From Gordius albopunctatus (taxonomy: Eukaryota): 64,000 nt of DNA. Both the position numbers and the translations under genes were made by a program. The stretch spans positions 17,794,001 to 17,858,000 of the forward strand of contig OZ193909.1 of NCBI GenBank assembly GCA_964276515.1. The letters run 5' to 3'. Position 1 is the first letter of the stretch. The number at the start of each line of letters is the position of its first letter. Positions 1 through 13,100 of this stretch are shown one piece after another. Under the pieces are notes generated by a model. It did not search any database and was not told the origin of the DNA. It saw only the letters and a list, made by a program, of their open reading frames with translations.

Positions 1-1756
1 TTTATTACTTAAAAAAGTTATAATTAAAAACTTTAAAAAACTCATAATATTTTTAGGACAATTTTTTCCTCGTTGATTATATCACGAATCCAAATTTATT
101 TAATGTTATTAAATTCTTTAATTTCAAAATAAATTTATATAAAAATGCGCATTTTGACTCAAATTTGCCCTTTTTTCAAAATATATATTAAATAATAGCT
201 GATATTTTGCACAAATGTGGTGGCTATCAATTTTATTTAAAGTCTGCCACCAAAGTTTAGTCAGTTTAATCAATGTATTTGCAATTAAAAATTGCATAAA
301 TACGTTTAAAAGGCTTAGACTTACGTGTAGGTAGTACATTAACAAACTCATCCCGCATAATATATCATCGAAAAGTGCATTAATTTCAATTAAAATAGTT
401 ATTAATGTAACACAAGGCTTTAATGGAATTGCATATTTATTTTTACTTTCAACATGTCCAATTATTTCCACTTGACGAGGAGTATCTGTTTATTTAAAAA
501 CAATTAACCATTTACGATTTCGGTTAATGAAATCGCTATAAATAGTGAACTTACTTTTAACAATTTGACAAATTATTGATTTAAAGGTCAAAATTTTGCA
601 AAGAAAAAGTTAGTATTTGGAAAGAGAGTTTAAAAATTTTATATCTAAAAATTCACATATTTTTAGAAGCCAATAAATATGACTTTCTTAACTTCTCAAA
701 CCGTCTGGATTATGTCATTGTATACATAATTACTTTTAATTATCGTAGGAAAATAATAATGTATAAATTTTATTAGAGCTGTTGCGAAAATAGTTAATTT
801 TATGACTCACATGCGTCATAGTGAATTTAATAGCTGTACAGCGCAATTTCTTCACATGTTGTCCGGCTGTAAATTTTGTGCAATATTTTTATTTCTTCGG
901 GTAAATAAAAGGGAATTATAGTTTAAAAAATCTGCCACACTTCTATACTAAGCATAATGCTTGCCCAGAAATTAACATGTGCTCTATTACCACTTCACCA
1001 ACGCCTTTCTAATTCAGCCCATATTCCTATATAGGAGACACCTAGATTGAGTTTGGGTTAAAAATCTAAAATTTGGATGGAATTTGGGTTATGAAATTAA
1101 ACAAGTTACCTTTCTGTAGAATTCAATCAAGTTCACCCTGAAAAAAATTTCGTGTTAATAGGAAAAGAAATTTCAAATTCAAACTTTTGGAATTTAATTT
1201 AGACTAAATGATAAGAAAATGCATGCAAGTGACCAATTGTTGCCACAATCAATTTTCTACTAAGGGTTAAGAAATAACGTTCGCTTTCTTGACTCTTTGA
1301 ACAATATTAATAAACCGGGGGCTTCGCCACTGGGGGGGGGCCGAGGATCCGACTTGGAGCCCGTTTTTGGTTTTGGTACATGCTCCTATTTTGGGGATAA
1401 ATGTAGTACATTTGCTATTCAATTTATGCGCAAGATAGGGGGGGGGGGAGGGGCGAGAATGCCTGTGAGGGGAGGGGGCAATGGTCAAGCAGAGAGTCGT
1501 TGGCCTAAAAGTTAGGCACCCAAACCAACAAAAACTTACACAAGGAAGCCACTGCAAAACAATTACAAATGAGAGGTAAAAAGTTGTTGCAAAAGTTGTA
1601 ATTTGTTAAATATTGATTGGATGAAAGTAATCACGTATTATCCTCAAGGGATGGTTTAAAAAATAGCCCTATTATAATTACATGGCAATGCCTGTTCCGA
1701 CCGCGCCGCAAAAATCTAACAGGTGCTCAAAAAAGTTTATTAATAGGCGTGAAAAA

Positions 1757-3590
1757 GGCCAAATAGTCCTATAATTATATGAGAGCAAAATATGGAAAAA
1801 AATTGTTTCACACTCTGGCCAGTGGTCATTTATTCTATTAGTTCAGCAGCCAGCAGACGGCCAAATAGCCTGTAATTATATAAGGGCAAAATACAGGGAA
1901 AAAATTTCGATACACGTGTCGTATCCCGGAGAATAATAATATATCCGGGGGATACGATTTGTAATCTATGAGAATCGGGTGTTCATTGGGCAGAGGTAAT
2001 GGCCCGGTCCGTATGGAGGGCTTAATTGCGATTCGATCCTCAGGTTTCCGATGAGAATAGAGATTGATCAAAACTTCGTTCCAAGTCTAGATAGGAAGGC
2101 CACAACAGTAGGATCCCGCCCTCCCTTGAGGGAGTGAAGGTGGGGCAGGCGATGGCAAGGCTACTCTTCACAAGGCGACACCACTCGAAGGAGGCCAAAT
2201 TGGAGGGCGGGACCAAATCAACCCCAGGGCAAGGAGCTAACGTCCGGGGGACAGAGCAGGCATCGGGGGTGCCGGCTACGCGCTCACTTCCTCCTCGTAC
2301 CTGGATGGACAATCCACGAAACAGCCAAAATCGTAGATCACGTGATGGAGCGGGCAGTGAAGGACGTAATCGTGATTGTACATGAGGGGAGATCTCGCTG
2401 ACTGTTCAAAAGGGAGAGTCGACCAAGCTTTATCACGACGTAAAACATCGTAAGATAAGGGCTTAAAACAGCTGTATACGCACGCGACCGCGCCATCAGG
2501 TGACCCCTTATCGGGGAGATAACGAGACTCACCTAGGCATTCGTACTCGCCAGGAGTACAAAGTTCGAGACATTTGGGACTACAGAATTGAGTAGGCGCC
2601 GGCTAAATATATCGCGCCTAAAGGTGACACACAAGGAAGAATGTAGCTGAGGACGCACCCTTTACGGTACCGGGCTGAATTACCGGACTTTGACTGGAAG
2701 GAGTCGTTGTTGGAGTCCGTCAACTTGTCAAATATTAAGTCGAACAGTATGTAGCACTATGTGTCACCCTTGGGCGCGATTTACTGGGCCCGCGCCTGCT
2801 TAACGCTGAAGTCCCAAACGCCTCGGATTTTGTACTGGTCTTGGCGAGCACAAATGTCTAGGTAGGTGTCGAAATTAACATTATCTCCCTGATGAGGGGT
2901 CATCTGATGGCGCGGTCACGTGCGTAGACAGCTGCCCAAATTCTTGCCCTACGATGCTTTGCGCCATAATAAACTTGGTCGACGCTACCTTTTAAACAGC
3001 TAACGAGGATCGGCTTACCTCGTCTCAGGTACAATCACGATTACATCCATCTTTGCGCCCCATTACGTGATCTACAATTTCGGCTGAGAGCGCGTAACCG
3101 ACACCCCCCGATGCATTCCCTATTTTCCTGACGTTAGCTCCTGTGGGGTCACATTTGCCCTGGTGTCGATTTGGTTACGCCCTTTAATTTAGCCTCCTTC
3201 AAGGGGTGCACACTGGTGAAGGGCAGCCTGGCCATTGCCCACCCTACCTTCGCCCCTTTGGAGGAGGGGAGGATCCTACTGTCGTGGTCTTCCTACCAAG
3301 ATTTGGAACAAAGTTTCGGTCGGATCTCTATTCTCATCGGGAGCCTGCTGATCGAATCGCAACCAAGCCCTCCATCACCAGATTTCCCCTGCCTTCCCAA
3401 TGAAACCCCGATTCTCGCAGATATATAAAACGTATGCCCCAGTATATTCTTCCGCCAGAATACGACGTCATTTTATCCATTGGTCAGTAGCCAGCAGACG
3501 GCCAAAGAGCCTATAATTATATAAGGACAAAATATAGAAAAAATATTTTGGATTTACACTTTGGCCAGTGATCTGTTTTTCCATTGGTCA
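1757..3590 (+). repeat. About 100-bp tandem repeat interrupted by the inverted repeat
   Basis: The unit GGCCAAA..GCCTATAATTATAT..CAAAATA..CACT(C/T)TGGCCAGTG..CAGCCAGCAGAC occurs at about 1757, 1859 and 3499. A related fragment lies at about 54684-54740. Confidence 0.75.
1919..3466. repeat. Large imperfect GC-rich inverted repeat (arms about 1919-2630 and 2760-3466, spacer about 130 bp)
   Basis: For example, GATGAGAATAGAGAT near 2050 vs ATCTCTATTCTCATC near 3324, CAGTAGGATCC vs GGATCCTACTG, and GGTGACACA vs TGTGTCACC flanking the spacer. ORFs 2040..2312(-) and 3171..3428(+) translate to similar peptides. Confidence 0.9.
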
Positions 3591-3812
3591 ATTTCCACGA
3601 CAATTCTTGAAGGACGGACAACCAAAAGCGAGCTCATAAAGTTAATACCAATTAATATAATTTAGCTGTTGTATGAACCTAGTCAAAATTAAAATTAGGA
3701 AAGAGATGTTAGGATTTTGTTATAATTTAGGGGCCAAGATATTCACTGCCTTATTATATATTCGAGTTTTGTTAATTTTAATAAAATAAGGGACTAAACA
3801 CTGCCATGCTTA

Positions 3813-3971
3813 CATGGGTGTAGTCAGCATGAATTAGAGGGGGCAATAATGATTTAAGAAGGGAAAAATGAACATTTTATGAAATTTTAGCCATATTTGT
3901 TATGAATTTCAACATTTTTGGATTTAGGAGGGGGCAGCCGCTCCTTCTTGCCCCCCTTGGCTCCGCCCATG
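3813..3971. mobile_element. hAT-type MITE (CATGGGCGTAGCCAG family)
   Basis: Ends CATGGGTGTAGTCAG / TTGGCTCCGCCCATG. Internal sequence is shared with the copies at about 7513-7664, 26102, 53378 and 58463. Confidence 0.75.
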
Positions 3972-4141
3972 CTTATTTACAAGTTAAAAGGAGGTTGGTT
4001 TTGTTGCTGAATCTTTGAAAATTGACAGTTGATATTGCAGAGGATAAATTGTTATTTATAAAGATAACCAAATTACATAATTTTTGCCCCAAAATATATT
4101 ATTTTTATCTATATATTGTTGAAAATTAAAATTTTATCAAA

Positions 4142-4177
4142 TCCTTAACTCTTCCATCCCGTGCTTTCCAATCCAAC
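4142..4177 (+). promoter_or_regulatory. U12-type (minor spliceosome) branch point and AC 3' splice site
   Basis: TCCTTAAC at 4142-4149 and AC at 4176-4177, directly before G|TGG (P-WFEK). No AG occurs in the about 110 nt upstream, and an in-frame TAA at 4146-4148 blocks exon extension. Confidence 0.8.
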
Positions 4178-7100
4178 GTGGTTCGAAAAGATGAGCATGA
4201 CCGTCATCATTCTGAATTGCATAACTTTGGGCATGTATCAACCTTGTCAAGACATAGTTTGTGATACGCCGAGGTGCAAAATTTTATCACTCTTCGACCA
4301 TTTCATCTTCGCATTTTTTGCTGTGGAAATGATTATCAAAATGATCGCTATGGGAGTTTACGGGAAAAGAACTTATCTCTCCGAAAGTTGGAATCGCCTC
4401 GACCTTTTCATCGTTTTAGCTGGGTACAGTGAAATTACTCATATTTTATCGAAACTTTAATCAATTTTTCCAACTCTTAATTTTATTTTATTTGAAAAAT
4501 ATTTAAAAATTATGTGTTTCAAAAAGGTTTGTTAAGTGTTGATGAAGGATTAATACATTGTGCATGGTTATTTATGCTAATAAGCGTTAGATAAGAAACC
4601 ATATTACAATGAGCAACAAAATTTCTATATGATTAAAAAAATAGAGTTCAATAGAAATCGTTGAATTCAACAAAAATTCAATACACGGATCAATGTCACC
4701 CGTTAAGTTTTAGCGCGTTTTTATAATTTTGTAGTCGTAATGTAATATTTTTCCATTAAATAGATTGAATCGATAGATGTTGAATACAAACTCTTGAATT
4801 TGAGAAGAAAAAACATTAAAATTAAGAATCTTTTATTTAAAGGCTTATCGACAAAATTCAAACTGGTGCTAATTATTTTATTTCTCCATTCTTTCGAAAT
4901 TCCGAGTATTTCTTTGTCTAATCCATAGCTTCTAAAGACTTGCTGTAGTTGGTTTTTCCACAAATACTAAATCTCACACTACTCCATGCAACACAATTTC
5001 TTAAAATATTACTTTTATTTTACAAAACTTCTAAATAACACGTTTGTTGAGTTGAGATACAATTTTCCTAACAATTCAAATAAAAAGAGCCCTTAAGTTT
5101 TATTATAACGCGCAGGCTTTTTAGATGGGTTTATTTGATTTTCATTGACTAAGGGGCTTAGTGATAGTTTTGCGTGTTATATTAAAGCATTATTCGTTGG
5201 GCAAGTCGACCGTGTTATATAATTTAAAATAAATTTCGAAACCATAAATGAGTAAATTACATTAATTTTCGAATATATATGCAGATCAGATTTTGCTTAT
5301 TTACAATTGTGTTGCAAATCCTTAAGTCATAACTACTGTGAAAAATGATTTTAAAGCCAATATCGCAAAATTTTTGAATACATCCCTTTTAAACTAACAA
5401 GTCCATGAGTTAGAAACTAACATCGTTCGTTAATGTTCAAACTATATTATTTCCAGTAGTGTGAAAAAATAAAATAAGGTCCTACAACCAAATGATTTAA
5501 AATTTTTTCCCCAATTATGACCAAATAAAATAAAATTTACCAATTTTAAATCAATATATATTATATAGGAATAATTTATAATTAAATTAGGTCTATCGAA
5601 TATGCGACTAATTTGGAGAACATAAATTTGTCCGCAATTCGAACAATACGTGTCTTGAGACCCTTGCGAGCCATTAATAGGATACCAAGTAATTTTAAAA
5701 TGTGACAAATACTCAGACACATTTTTATAGTTGTTGTATTATAATAATGCAATTATATATCCAAGGTCAAAACCGACCCTGTTTTCGGTTAATATAATCG
5801 TTGAAATCAATTTATTTCGCACTTTATCATTTAGATACCTTGTTAAACCTCATAAAATACTTGGCAGAAATATATTAAGTGTGACTTAATTAAAAAACTC
5901 ATCGTTTGATTAACTCATTTTTTAATTAAATTTTAGCCGTTAATTTATAGCCAATTTCATATAACGTAAAGTAAATCTATTAGTTTGCCTAATGCCTAGT
6001 ATATTTTAACAAAAATCAATTAATCGCTAGGAAATACTAGTGAAACTAATGCAAGTTTATTCTTTCGTTGCAAAAAAACGTAAATCACTAAAGTAGTAGT
6101 TTGCGAGTAGTTTAATTAATTAATAGGAAAAAGCAAACGTGTCAAACCTCACTTTACGTCACTTGATAATTTTTGTACAGCAGCCCCAGTGAGAAAAATA
6201 TATCGAAAATGTCAACATATCATTTCAAGTCTCAGTTCAAATTCTTGTATGACCACAAAAGTCAATTCATCAAGATTAACTAGCACATGCTACTATTATC
6301 TATTTTTTGAACACACATATCTCGATGACAACTTGTTACAATGTTTGGTTTGTTAGGACTTAAGATTAGGTTGAGCTTAAATTGTTTTTACTTATTTTAA
6401 AATTTGATGATTTTTATTATTTATAATACTCTGTATTGTTGAAATAATTTAAAATGGCAAAAAACACTTTGATTGAGGTACATTAAAGTGCAGTTTTGAA
6501 CTCGCTTCTCTGACGTTTGTCAATTTACAAAAATGTTGTCAAAAGTTTGAAAAGTTTAATTTTGTGCAAAAATATTCATTAAATTTCTTTTCGTGCGAAA
6601 TATTTGTTTTATTCTTTTTTCTTTTTCCATATGTTGTCGCGTGAGGTTGCTAATGACAAAAAAAACTTTAGCTTTTAGAAATAATTAAAAAGCCTAAGCC
6701 TTCCACAAAAATCAGGCTTTCAAAAAGTAGGACTTGCGACTCATTAATTTAAGTATTATTTTAATGCTTCCTAGTATTACGAGTTACGGGGGGGGGGGGT
6801 TTTAAACTTTAATTAACAGTTAAAAAAATCGATTTTATCCGTTTTAAAAAACACCTTTACTAATGTCTAATAGCCAACACCACTTACAATTTAAATAGAT
6901 GCAACTCGAAATTGTTTATCGATTAAATTAAATTTTGTTGTTGTTTACGATCCTCTTATTTCAAAATAACTCCAAAAAATGCATTATTTTGTTTACGTAG
7001 GTATGAGGATATTGGTGATGCTACTGTTAGACACATTACCCATGCTAGGTAACGTCCTGCTCTTGTGTTTTTTCGTTTTCTTCATTTTTGGCATCGTCGG

Positions 7101-10100
7101 GGTCCAGCTGTGGGCAGGCATGCTCAGAAATCGGTGCTTTCTAAAAATTCCTTCCGAAGCCACCCTACCATCCGGGTATTTAAACATAAAACATTCCATG
7201 GGCGTAGCCAGGGAGTGGGGGGGGGCAGGAAAAGCGTTAAAAATTAAAATATTTTATGTTTTGCCCCACCCCCCCCCTAATCCAAAACCTGGTAACGCCC
7301 ATGAAAGATTCTTTCTTTTGCCTAGATATTCGTGAAACTGGGAAATAGTTGAATGATGCTATTAAATTTTATAACGTATACATTTATGACCAAGCAGTGT
7401 TTTTAAAAGGAGTGAAAACTAGTGTTGTAAACACAGCTGAGTGATGTTTGGTCCACCTTGGGCGTCGACTCTGGGCCCATACTTTCTAAAATCTTAAATA
7501 ACATTGATATTAATAGCCAGGATTGGAATTAGAGGGGGGGGTCATTAACGATTTAGGGAGGGGCAAAATGATCATTTTTTGAAAATTTAGCCCGAATTTT
7601 ACAAATTTTTGGATTTAGAGGGGGGCAGCCGCCCCTTTCTGCTCCCTCCCCTTGGCTACGCCTAACTTATATTCCTTTTTTATTTTCAACAAAGACCCTA
7701 CCACTTGATTAAGGGAATTTAGTATAAGAATTATAGTGTTTTGAGTTAAAAAAATCAGCTTCTATTATTTTTGAAGATTGCAATTTAAAAAATGGAAAAT
7801 CTTTTAACTTACAAGTACCACCAAAGTCGTGCGATTATATTGATAATTAAGTGAAACTATGATTTTATATTATTTTTTAGCCTAAATCTATCGCCCTATT
7901 ACGAACCCGACCCGTTGAATTATGGGGATTTTATATGTACCTTGCCCGGCGGTCATGGAATGAAACATTGCAACGAAGTTCCTCTTTATCGGTACCGAAA
8001 TCATTTTCTAAATATCTCTAATAAATAATAATCAAACCTTTATGATAATTTAAAATGATTAAAACTTATTGATGTTTTTACAATTGCAGATTAGATGAAA
8101 TTGAATGCCACGTCTTGCCTCAGGGTAAATTAATAACATCAATTAATGCATCCTGCATCGATTGGAACAAATATTACAGCGTTTGCAAGCCCAGTGATAA
8201 AAACCCGTATAAAGGAGCACTTTCTTTCGATAATATCGGTCTCGCCTGGGTCGCCATTTTTTTGGTAACCACCTTTTAATATTAAATGCCATCTATAAAT
8301 TTATGTTATTCAGGAAAGGAAATATAAGGGGGGACTTCATCAATTATTGAGCAAATTTATGATTTTATATAATTTTAGAGTGTCGGTACATCTGCAAGCA
8401 ATAGCCATCGGCGAGATTCGCAATGTTTACAATTATATTTTAATTGGAAAAATCGGAAAGTTTTATTGAATGCAAATTGACTCCTAAATTAATCAGATAG
8501 TATATATATATATATAGATTAATTTTTTGCCCGAATTGTTTTTATTGTGAATCGGCCCCACACTGAAATAATATTGGGATTAGTAAACTAGGATCTTTTT
8601 ATCAAATGAAGCCTTCGTCTAATATCTAGTTATTTCACAAATCGTCCGTATTTAGGTTATCAGTCTGGAAGGCTGGACAGATATCATGTATTACGTGCAG
8701 GATGCTCATTCCTTCTGGGACTGGATCTATTTCGTGTTACTCATTGTGCTCGGCTCCTTCTTCATGATAAACCTCTGTTTGGTCGTAATAGCTACGCAAT
8801 TCTCCGAAACTAAACGACGTGAAACCGAAAAAATGATATATGAACGCAAGCAAAACCGCTCTATCAGCACTCTTACCATGGGGAGTACCTCGGAACCTAG
8901 GAGCTGTTATGAAGAGATTTTGCGTTACTTAGCTCACTTGTATCGCAAAGCGAAGCGAAAACTAATTCGTATCCTCAAAAATTTTCAAAATAATCGTGCC
9001 ACCAAACATAACCCAACATGCGATCCCCAAGTCACGACGGATAATAACGCGCTAGTGAATCCCATGCCTAGGCTATCATCCCTTAATGGCCAAGATCATA
9101 TAGTGCATTTAGCTCAAGCCCCGTTGAGTGCTAATATAACACTCGAAGTGCCTATAGCCCGCGCCCCTTGTGCCAGTCCCGAAATTTCGGATATAGATGG
9201 TCAAAACTCTCCGCGTGTTCAAACCCTAGGGACCAATAGTGTATAGATATTTATATATATTTGGTAATAATGGGTAATATTTTGAAATTGATACAATTTA
9301 TTGGTCGCTCGGGGTTAATAAACTAGTCAGATGCATATTACAATGCTTCGATTATATTTTATACATTATCAAGTGAGTTATTTATAAGGATGGGAAAAAT
9401 ATAATTGAAAAGTTTGGTAACAGATAAATTTATAGCCACTACTATGAAAATTTTAACGAATATTCGGTGTATTTACATCATTTAGGTCGCGAACGCAATA
9501 GTTCAAAACGCGTATATACAAAATATTGGAGTCACAGCCTCTGATGTACAAGTTCCTAGGTAAAATATCATTAATGTTTAAAGAATCAATAGTCATTGAC
9601 TTAATTTGAATAAAAACATATTTTTAAAATAATATTTGAAATATACAGTGACCGCAGGGAAAGCACTAACATAGCTGACTCTGGAAAAAAGCCTCAAGGT
9701 ATTTGTTTAGAGCGTATTCATTATGTTTGCACTAATTTATATTGCTTGATATTATTTAAAAAAAATTTCGTTTTAAGTATGCAAAAAGCTTTCCTACGAC
9801 CCTGGACTCGTGTACCTGGAGGAAAGAGGGGTACATGTTATGATGATTGATCTCATTTTTTTAAGTCTTACCAATCAAGATTGGTATTTGATTATATGCC
9901 TTATTTAAATGAACTAGACGTCATATTTTGCTCGACTATAAAGTTTAAATTTCAAAACATTATCATAGTTGGATTCTTTTATATCGTATACATTAATCAT
10001 TGGTATTTATATAGTTAGAAAATATTGAGAGTGATTATAAGAATCTCAGGCTCAATGACGTAGCTTATTCCACTAAACAAAGTTTATCCTCTATGCGTAC

Positions 10101-13100
10101 GGGCGTACGTAAAATGGTCGATTCGAATTTCTTTCAAAGAAGCATTCTACTTGCCATTTTGATAAATACCCTGAGTATGGGTATCGAATATCATAACCAG
10201 GTAAAATTTATAATAAGCTTAGTCAATTTTAATATGTTTTAAAATTATCTGGTTTATTAAATATTATATATGGTCACTCAATCAATAGCATACTCTAAGT
10301 TTATGCATCAAATGACTAAACATATATTAAAACCAGAATACTAATAAACTCTCTTTTTTGTCAGCCGCCCCAATTGACACGAATATTAGAGGTCAGTAAT
10401 TTGGTATTCACTACGCTATTCGGCATCGAAATGGCATTAAAATTGCTGGCATTCGGTATTTACGGCTACATAAAAGATGGATTTAACGTTTTCGACGGAA
10501 TAATCGTCATCATAAGGTTACAAGCTTTGTTATTAAATTATTTATGTTTCTACCATACTTGATATAAGCATTTTATTTTAGAATATAAATTACTAAATTT
10601 CTAACGTTATTAATCCTATATGAAAATAATATTTAATTAAGTATAATCCTATGACATTACATAAATTGATTGCTTAATGACCCTTAAAGTACTACAATCA
10701 AAAATCTATTCTTGTTATGCATTTAAAAATCCTCTTATCATTTAAACTATATTGTTATTGAACCGAAACTATTACTACACCATATGCTTCAACTAGTGAA
10801 ATAAGTTTGATGACGAACGACATTTATATAAGATATAAATTTTTGTGTTACAGAACACACCCAACACCCCAACTATCGCATAATCATATAACCAACCATA
10901 AGTCAAAACATTCCTATTTGGTTTATACTATTAAAACCATCTTATAACCTATACCTTAATTGAAAAAACATTGTATACTTTGTGTTCTCGTTATCTTATT
11001 TACACACTTTAATCTTTATTTCGTAACACTCAAGCATCATGGAATTAATGCAATCGAGGGGAAGCAGTCTTTCGGTGCTAAGGACATTTCGTCTTTTGCG
11101 GATCCTTAAACTGATTCGCTTCATGCCAGCTTTGCAGCGACAGTTGGTAGTCATGCTCAAAATTATGGACAACGTCGCAACATTTTTCATGCTTTTAATC
11201 CTTTTTATTTTCATATTCAGGTAGAAATTAGTAATCAATTTATTTATTTATAGATAAGCGTAAAAGATGGGATATTAAATTTTTTGGGCTATAGTTATTA
11301 TAAGAAATGTTTATAAATATATAATGAATGTTTTTTAGAGTATATTATTGTATGTAACTTGTGCGAGTGTTAAATGAATTACAATTATTAGTAATAGTAG
11401 CTAAAGAATTATTGAGAATCATTAACAAATTTCCCATTCGGTAATTTCTAAGCAATCTGTATTTACCTTACCCATGTTTTTCCAAAAAAAGCTTACAGTA
11501 TTGTGTTATGCCCCACACCATCATAGCCTTGTAACCTGTCACTCATTTTTTAAATTACCCATATTTTATCTGGTTAAAGTTAATTAGGCACTTTTTGAAT
11601 TTAGTATACTTGGGATGAATTTATTTGGATGCAAGTTCTGCAAGGTAAAAGATAATGGAACTCGGGTTTGTGATAGAAAAAACTTTGACTCTCTATTGTG
11701 GTCGCTCGTTACAGTATTTCAAGTATGAAGAAAAGTTTACACTCCTTTAATATTGAAATTTTTTGGACAAACTTTATTAAATTAACACAAAATTATGCGC
11801 CTAATATGGTTTGCATTACAATTAGATTTTGACCCAAGAAGACTGGAACGTTGTCTTATATAATGGCATGAATGAAACATCGCCATGGGCCTCTCTATAC
11901 TTCATAGCACTTATGACCTTTGGCAACTATGTTTTGTTTAATTTATTGGTCGCAATCCTAGTCGAAGGATTTCAAGGGGTGTGTAATATTTAAATAAAAC
12001 ATTTCAAAACTAGGCATTAGTAGGTAAACTATGTTGTATGATATATATTAGGATGAGAAAAGAAGTGAATCGGGAAGCAGCAATATCTCATTAAAAAGAA
12101 TCAACGACCCAAGTATATAAAAGACTTTCGATATATTTTTTACCACGCTAAAATCATTTTAGCGTTCTGTGTGTTAATTGATTATTTTATTGGGAAAAAG
12201 TGAATAAATAATGATTATAAGTAGTAATGCTAATGGCATCCCGATTATTACGTGCTATTGCTCTACCTTTGGTTTAACTAAGATTTAAGGAGTCTGGTCT
12301 GTTTTTCAGATTTCGACCAAGGCTAGTGGTCGACTAAGTCTGTTCATGCTTAGTCGACTAAAACCAAAGACCGACTACACAAAACCCACCCGTTTTACAA
12401 CACTAGTGCGTGCGTGTGTCTTTCATTTCATCGTAATGGTAAAATATAGCCCACGCCATCTGTGCCTGTGCTGTGCTTTATTTATTCGCTAACATTCCGT
12501 AGGATTAGGTTGCAATGCAAACTAACCCCAGTGCTATATTTTTAATTGTGGTATTAATAATGACGCGCACCAGAGTAAGGGCCGTTGCTTATTTCAAGTT
12601 TTATGCTATAATGGTGGGATGACTCCTTTAGACCCTTACGTTTAATTATAAAATGCAATACATGTAGAGACCTGCAAAATCGATTTTTTAAGGCCCGGCC
12701 CGGGCCCGGAATTTAAAATGGGGAAAAGGCCCGGGCCCGAATTTTAGCATATTCCGGCCCGGGCCCGGCCCGAAATTTTTAGAATTGCAGGAATTTAATC
12801 AAACTCAATTTTTATAAAATTTTTAATTAAAAAATAAAACGCAGGTAATATAATTATAAATCAATAATGGAACTATTTTTGGATGCAAAAAACACGGGCA
12901 TCAAAAATTTCCGTGTTTAAATTTGTTTTTCGGTCTTAATAAATCCGGCCCGCTAACGAAAAACACCTCTCACTCGAGGCAAATGAAGCAGGTGTCGAAA
13001 AATCTTAAAACAAGGGAGCTAAGCGCTAGAAATCGACCACTGTGGTCTTTCCACAACGCCTCTGGATTTCGAATCAAATCGAATATTTTTAGTATTCGAT

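Noticed and set aside
124..471. 115-aa minus-strand ORF and other short AT-rich ORFs
   Set aside because: No recognisable motifs, and composition typical of chance ORFs in AT-rich or antisense sequence.
1011..1030. CC|ATATTCCT as the U12 donor of Cav3 exon 1
   Set aside because: It does not match ATATCCTT, there is an in-frame TAA three codons upstream, and no Cav3 N-terminal similarity.
2865..2910. Hammerhead ribozyme core (GAAA...CTGATGA) in the palindrome
   Set aside because: Stems II and III do not form, and the motif is not conserved in the other arm (CCGATAA).
2040..3428. Similar ORFs 2040..2312(-) and 3171..3428(+) as a gene pair
   Set aside because: The similarity follows from the DNA inverted repeat. 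Frames break at indels and no domain is recognisable.
4161..4177. ORF-track start giving LSNPT before WFEK
   Set aside because: It mimics the native SNP-W, but it starts at GTG after a stop with no AG acceptor. An intron 3' end explains it better.
11335..11560. Hidden alternative exon 12 after AG|TATATTA or AG|TATTGTG
   Set aside because: Both hit stops within about 12 codons and lack GM.LFG and RKNFD.
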